From an uncultured Pelagibacteraceae bacterium (GTDB taxonomy: Bacteria > Pseudomonadota > Alphaproteobacteria > Pelagibacterales > Pelagibacteraceae): a stretch of DNA of 64,000 nucleotides. The stretch covers positions 2,933 to 66,932 of the forward strand of contig CACGGJ010000004.1 in the NCBI GenBank assembly GCA_902572515.1. Reading direction: 5' to 3'. The notes below the pieces were generated by a model, which saw nothing but the letters and a program-made list of their open reading frames with translations, was not told where the DNA came from and did not search any database. Shown here piece after piece: positions 59,156 to 64,000 of the stretch. Position numbers and translations under genes: made by a program. The stretch's first letter is position 1. Every line of letters begins with the position of its first letter.

Positions 59156-60121
59156 TTAAATTGATTTATAAAAATTGTACCAGTTATTTCCAAGTATTCC
59201 ATATGTCTCGGTATCTGAAAAACCTACTTTTTTAAGACCCTCTTCAATATTTGAAAACCCTCTGGCATCAAGAAACCAATCAGGTTGTTTTGGAAAACCT
59301 GGTTTATTTTTAGAACCCTCACCATAATTTTTACTTTTAGACCAAGAACCATTTCTCATCCATTCAACAACAGTATCTGGATGATCTAAACAAAGATCTG
59401 ATCCTATTCCTATTTTTTTTACATCCATTATTTCTGCTGTTTTTGCTACCATTTCACAAAAACTATTAAGAGTACAATTTGTATTTTCTTTTAAATGATG
59501 AGGGTATAATGATAAACCCAACATACCACCACTATCACTTAAAATTTTTAATAAATCTGAGGATTTGTTTCTTTTCGCTGGATGCCAAAAAGATGGATTT
59601 GCATGAGTAATTGCTATTGGTTTTTCACTAAACTCAATTGCATCTAGAGTGCTTTTTTCTGCAGAATGTGACATGTCAACCACCAGACCGACTCTATTCA
59701 TTTCTCTTATAACCTCACGTCCAAAATTTGTAACTCCACTATCTACTTTTTCATAACAACCTGTCGCTAGCAAAGATTGGTTGTTATAAGTAAGTTGCAT
59801 GAATCTACATCCTAATTCATGAACCTTTTCAACTAAATTTATATCATCTTCGATAGGTGAACAATTTTGAAAACCAAAAAATATTGCAGTTTTGTTTTCT
59901 TTATTAGCTTTATCAATATCTCGAAAATTCTTACCAGGAAAAATTAAATCAGAATTTTCATGAAATAATTTTTCCCATTTTTTTATTTCAAGTTGTAATT
60001 CATCAAAATCTTCATGGTAAACAATGGTAACATGGACAGCATCTAATCCAGCAGATCTGTTAATCTCAAAGATTTTCCTAGACCAATTACAATATTGAAG
60101 ATTATCGATTTTATAATTCAT
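59156..60121 (-). CDS. Membrane dipeptidase (peptidase M19/amidohydrolase) family protein
   Basis: IDNLQY, QLTYN, EMNRVGLVVDMSH, ITHAN, GIGSD, LGNNW; start likely MNYK at 60121. Confidence 0.85.
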   Translation of the reverse strand: MNYKIDNLQYCNWSRKIFEINRSAGLDAVHVTIVYHEDFDELQLEIKKWEKLFHENSDLIFPGKNFRDIDKANKENKTAIFFGFQNCSPIEDDINLVEKVHELGCRFMQLTYNNQSLLATGCYEKVDSGVTNFGREVIREMNRVGLVVDMSHSAEKSTLDAIEFSEKPIAITHANPSFWHPAKRNKSSDLLKILSDSGGMLGLSLYPHHLKENTNCTLNSFCEMVAKTAEIMDVKKIGIGSDLCLDHPDTVVEWMRNGSWSKSKNYGEGSKNKPGFPKQPDWFLDARGFSNIEEGLKKVGFSDTETYGILGNNWYNFYKSI

Positions 60122-60215
60122 AGTATGTTGAACTCTAATCAATATGTATTTTAAATACTATTAATTTTATTGAAATTTTAAGTTAATTTTGAAATAAACA
60201 GACTGATCAATTTTC

Positions 60216-60707
60216 ATGAAAAAAAATAGTAAATTAAAAGTTTCTATCATAATGGGAAGTCAATCTGACTATAAAGTAATGAAACTAGCTGAAAAAACCC
60301 TAAAAAAAATTGGAGTTTCATTTGAAACAAAAATTATATCTGCTCACAGAACACCAAAAAGAATGTATGAATATGCTGCAAAAGTTGAGCAAAATAATAT
60401 AGGAGTAATAATTGCAGGTGCTGGAGGATCTGCTCATCTTCCAGGCATGATATCAGCACTTACACATGTGCCAGTACTTGGTGTTCCTGTTGAAAGTAAA
60501 AAACTTAAAGGTTTGGATAGTTTGTTATCAATTGCACAAATGCCTAAAGGAATACCTGTAGGAACACTTGCTATAGGAGAGGATGGCGCCATCAATGCTG
60601 CTTTATTAGCTGCAGCAATAATTGCAAATAATAATTTAAATGTTCTAAAAAAACTTAAAAATTTTAGAACCTCACAAACTAAATCAGTGAAGAAATCTCC
60701 GAAATAA
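60216..60707 (+). CDS. purE: N5-CAIR mutase
   Basis: IMGSQSD, SAHRTP, AGAGGSAHLPGM, QMPKGIPVGT. Confidence 0.96.
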   Translation: MKKNSKLKVSIIMGSQSDYKVMKLAEKTLKKIGVSFETKIISAHRTPKRMYEYAAKVEQNNIGVIIAGAGGSAHLPGMISALTHVPVLGVPVESKKLKGLDSLLSIAQMPKGIPVGTLAIGEDGAINAALLAAAIIANNNLNVLKKLKNFRTSQTKSVKKSPK

Positions 60708-60708
60708 A

Positions 60709-61756
60709 ATGTCTGAAATTACTCTTGGTATCATTGGGGGTGGTCAACTTGGAAGTATGCTTGCAATAGCAGCAAAAAAATTAAATGTTAAAACTGTTGT
60801 TTTTTGTGATGATTTAGATGCACCAGCACAGAATTTTTGCAATCAATTTATTACTGGAAATTATAATAATAAAGAAAAAATATCAGAATTTATAAATCAG
60901 GTTGATTTAGTAACTTATGAATTTGAAAATATTCCATTTGAAACATTAAATGAAATAAATAAATTTAAAACTGTTTTGCCAAAGCCTTCTGTTAACAGAT
61001 TAATTCAACATCGATTGGCTGAAAAAGATTTTGTTAATAAACTAAATATTAGAACAACAAGATATGTTTCGGTTGAAAAAAAATCTGACATTGATGCCTT
61101 AGAAGATTTTTTACCAGGCATTCTCAAAACAACAACTTTAGGATATGATGGCAAAGGTCAATATCCAATAAAATCAAGTAATGAACTTAATTCATTGAAT
61201 ATTGATTTTTCAAAAGGATATATTCTTGAAAAATTTGTAAAATTAAAAAAAGAGATTTCAATTATCATTACAAGATTTAGTAATAACAAATACGAGATAT
61301 ATGAACCAATAGAAAACACTCATGAAGATCAAATTTTAAGATATTCAAAAATACCTGCTGAGATTAATGAAAAGATTTTTAATCAGTCTAAAGATTGGGC
61401 AATGCTAATTGCTGAAGAACTTAAATATGTAGGAACTTTATGTGTAGAATTTTTTATTGATAGAAATGATAATCTTTATGTTAATGAGATTGCACCTAGA
61501 GTACATAACTCAGGGCATTTAACAATAAATGCTTTTAATGTAAGTCAATTTGAAAATCATGTAAGAGCTGTGTGTGGTTTAGAACAAATTCCTTTAAAAA
61601 AAATATCTAATGCTAAAATGATGAATTTACTTGGGAGTCAAATTACTCATTATAGAAACATGCAAAAGTTTAATGATAACGAATTTTTCTTTGATTATTT
61701 AAAAAAAAGATATAAAAGAAAAAAGAAAAATGGGTCATATTACAACTTTAGTATAA
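60709..61756 (+). CDS. purK: N5-CAIR synthase, with apparent +1 frameshift near the 3' end
   Basis: GGGQLG, TYEFEN, GYDGKGQ, NEIAPRVHNSGH; conserved RKMGH lies out of frame after A8 at 61701-61708. Confidence 0.9.
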
Positions 61757-62224
61757 ATGTTAAAATCAATAGAAGGTAATTTTGATAACCCAGAAGTTAA
61801 TGAACTTCTAACCAAACATTTTGTTGAACTTAGAGCCGCCTCCCCAGAAGGAAGTGCTCACGTTCTAGATATTCCTGGTTTAAAAGTACAATCAATAAAA
61901 TTTTGGAGTTTATGGGATGAGGAAAAATTAATTGGTTGTGGTGCTCTAAAATTTTTAGATAAAGAACATGGAGAATTTAAATCTATAAGAATTCATGATG
62001 ATTTTAGAAATAAAGGCCAAGGGATTAATGTAATCAATCATTTAATTAATGAAGCTAAAAAGCTTAAAATAACAAGATTAAGCATTGAAACAGGTGCGGG
62101 CGATTTTTTTATACCAGCAAGAAAACTTTTCAAAAAGACTGGATTTACTGTATGCGAACCTTTCGCACATTATAAAGAAGACATTAATTCTGTTTATTTA
62201 ACTAAGCTTATTGAAGATAATTAA
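61757..62224 (+). CDS. GNAT N-acetyltransferase (YedL-like)
   Basis: SPEGSAHVLD, GCGALK, GEFKS, IETG..FIPARKL, PFAHYKED. Confidence 0.85.
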   Translation: MLKSIEGNFDNPEVNELLTKHFVELRAASPEGSAHVLDIPGLKVQSIKFWSLWDEEKLIGCGALKFLDKEHGEFKSIRIHDDFRNKGQGINVINHLINEAKKLKITRLSIETGAGDFFIPARKLFKKTGFTVCEPFAHYKEDINSVYLTKLIEDN

Positions 62225-62341
62225 AGGATTATTTTCAATAACTAATCTATTTTGTTGACAAAACCCAATAAAATCTAAAGAAAGCCAATATTACTTAATT
62301 ATAAGTAATAATTTAATATAACAAAAAGTAAGAAGATAAAT

Positions 62342-62548
62342 ATGAGTCTACAAGGTAAAGTAAAGTGGTTCAATCCAACCAAAGGTTTTGGTTTTATTGA
62401 AAGAGAAGATAAAGAAAAAGATGTGTTTGTACATGTTTCAGCAGTAAGAGATGCTGGTATGAACGGTTTAGATGAGGGTCAGGCTTTGACTTTCGATGTT
62501 GAAGATGGTCCCAAAGGTCCTTCAGCAGTTAACTTAAAAACTGCATAA
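62342..62548 (+). CDS. Cold-shock domain protein (CspA family)
   Basis: GKVKWFN..KGFGFI (RNP1), DVFVHVS (RNP2), GPKGPSA. Confidence 0.95.
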   Translation: MSLQGKVKWFNPTKGFGFIEREDKEKDVFVHVSAVRDAGMNGLDEGQALTFDVEDGPKGPSAVNLKTA

Positions 62549-62560
62549 TTTCACACTTCC

Positions 62561-62611
62561 TATTGGCTGAAAAATTTTATTTGTAAATACAAATTTATTA
62601 TTCAGCCAATA
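62561..62611 (+). terminator. Long stem-loop 3' of the csp gene
   Basis: TATTGGCTGAA/TTCAGCCAATA outer stem, ATTTGTA/TACAAAT inner stem. Confidence 0.6.
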
Positions 62612-62688
62612 CCTTAATAATTAACAACCTTTAAACACAATTATTAATTATAGATTTAAGTTAAAAAATTAATAAATTAATCAAAATT

Positions 62689-63435
62689 ATGATTGGAATT
62701 TTAGGAGGAATGGGAACTCAAGCTGGTCTCGATTTTTGTAACAAGCTTGCGGTTCTGAATAGAGGAAAAATTGATCAAGAGTATCCTTTATTTTTACTTT
62801 ATAACAAATCCAATATTCCAGGAAGACCCGAGTCTATAGGCTCTCAGACTAAAAAACTTTCAAACAAATCTACAAATAAAACAAGTAGAGAAAAATATAA
62901 CAAAGTTCTAAAGAGTTTGCTAAAAGGCTGTAAGCTTCTAGAAAAAAATAAATGTAGATTTATAGTTATACCTTGCAATACAGCTCATTATTGGTTCGAG
63001 GATTTACAAAATAAAATCAATATTCCAATAATCAATATGCCAAAAGAAGTTTTCAAATTTACAAAAAAAAAATGTAAGAAAAACTCTAAAGTTGGTCTAT
63101 TAGCAACTGAAGGTACTCTTAAAACTGGTGTTTATAAAAAATTTTTTGAAAAGGATTATCAATTAATAGAGCCATCTGAAAAAATACAAAAATTGTCAGT
63201 CAATAAAGCTATTAGATTAGTTAAAATGGGTAATGTTAAAGCGGCAGCAAAAGCTATTAAACCTGCGATTGATTCTTTAATTAAAATGAAGTGCAAAAAA
63301 ATTATATTAGGTTGTACAGAGCTACCTATTGCAATTTTTGCATTTAAATCATTTAAAAATGTTAAATCCTCAAAAGTTTTCTTAGATCCTAATTTAATTT
63401 TGGCTCAATCAGCTATGATTAAGCATAAAAATTAA
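62689..63435 (+). CDS. Aspartate/glutamate racemase family protein
   Basis: IGILGGMG, PCNTAH and LGCTEL catalytic cysteines, LLATEGT. Confidence 0.88.
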   Translation: MIGILGGMGTQAGLDFCNKLAVLNRGKIDQEYPLFLLYNKSNIPGRPESIGSQTKKLSNKSTNKTSREKYNKVLKSLLKGCKLLEKNKCRFIVIPCNTAHYWFEDLQNKINIPIINMPKEVFKFTKKKCKKNSKVGLLATEGTLKTGVYKKFFEKDYQLIEPSEKIQKLSVNKAIRLVKMGNVKAAAKAIKPAIDSLIKMKCKKIILGCTELPIAIFAFKSFKNVKSSKVFLDPNLILAQSAMIKHKN

Positions 63436-63438
63436 CTT

Positions 63439-63879
63439 ATGACTGCCAAGAGTGAAAAGCCCTATGTATTAAGAGCTGCTGAATTTGTTTATTCAAATAT
63501 AATTGAAATTAAAAAACAAAATCCTGAAATAAATAATATACAAGCATTTGAAATTTTTATGACTACTAAAGAATATGAAATTTTAAGTTCTGGAGAATTT
63601 CATGATAAATGGTTTTTAGAACTTAAGAATAATAAATTTATTGATTCGATTACTAAAAAAAAAATCAATGGAGAAACTTTAAGACTTTTGGAACTCCAAA
63701 AAGATTCTATGGTTAAATTTTTAATGAAAATACCTAAGCTTTATTATACTAAAAGCCATTTTCCACTAGAAATTTCACAAAGAGCTTTTGATCATTTATG
63801 GAGAGTTTGTGAAAGCTATGAAATGTGGTGCAAAGAAACTAAACAGGAAAATCTGATATATCTTAATATTATTGAGTAG
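63439..63879 (+). CDS. Hypothetical protein (CExYExxC family, similar to 22434..22961)
   Basis: 146-aa ORF 3 nt after the racemase stop. Confidence 0.7.
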   Translation: MTAKSEKPYVLRAAEFVYSNIIEIKKQNPEINNIQAFEIFMTTKEYEILSSGEFHDKWFLELKNNKFIDSITKKKINGETLRLLELQKDSMVKFLMKIPKLYYTKSHFPLEISQRAFDHLWRVCESYEMWCKETKQENLIYLNIIE

Positions 63880-64000
63880 TATTATTTAAGTTAATTATTG
63901 ATCTAGTAATATGTATTCTTTTTTTAACTAATTTTCTTAATTCTTGTTCCTCAAGTTTTTTTCGTGTCATCTTTATTCTTTTTTCAACAAGATCTCTTAA
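63869..64000 (-). CDS. 3' end of a basic repeat-containing protein running off the window
   Basis: Open frame LRDLVEKRIKMTRKKLEEQELRKLVKKRIHITRSIINLNNTTQ*. Confidence 0.55.
   Translation of the reverse strand, partial: LRDLVEKRIKMTRKKLEEQELRKLVKKRIHITRSIINLNNTTQ

Noticed and set aside
1-64000. CRISPR arrays, tRNA/rRNA, IS elements, integrases, prophage or defence systems
   Set aside because: No periodic repeats, cloverleafs, transposase/integrase or phage-like proteins seen.

Overview
AT-rich, very gene-dense alphaproteobacterial chromosome segment. Gene content, order and tiny intergenic spacers fit SAR11 ('Ca. Pelagibacter'); this is inference, no search was run. Main blocks: (1) ppc plus a TRAP-linked sugar-acid catabolic cluster (5.8-22.1 kb); (2) a cytochrome c'/b561/persulfide dioxygenase patch; (3) an Fe3+ ABC operon under tandem Fur-type boxes; (4) a ~30 kb methylated-osmolyte/one-carbon region (acuI, ETF/ETF-QO, two dimethylglycine-dehydrogenase-like genes, DddP-like lyase, BHMT, Rieske oxygenase, betaine ABC, metF, GcvT-like); (5) purEK, a cold-shock gene and a racemase. 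No rRNA, tRNA, CRISPR or mobile element was seen. The top lead is an RNA hairpin inside the iron operon whose loop is complementary to a motif upstream of three successive start codons, lying just after a Cys-containing small ORF. Other leads: an orphan structured locus with a 9-aa ORF, two distant paralogues of an unnamed CExYExxC family, two small ORFs missing from the ORF track, and a poly-A frameshift in purK.
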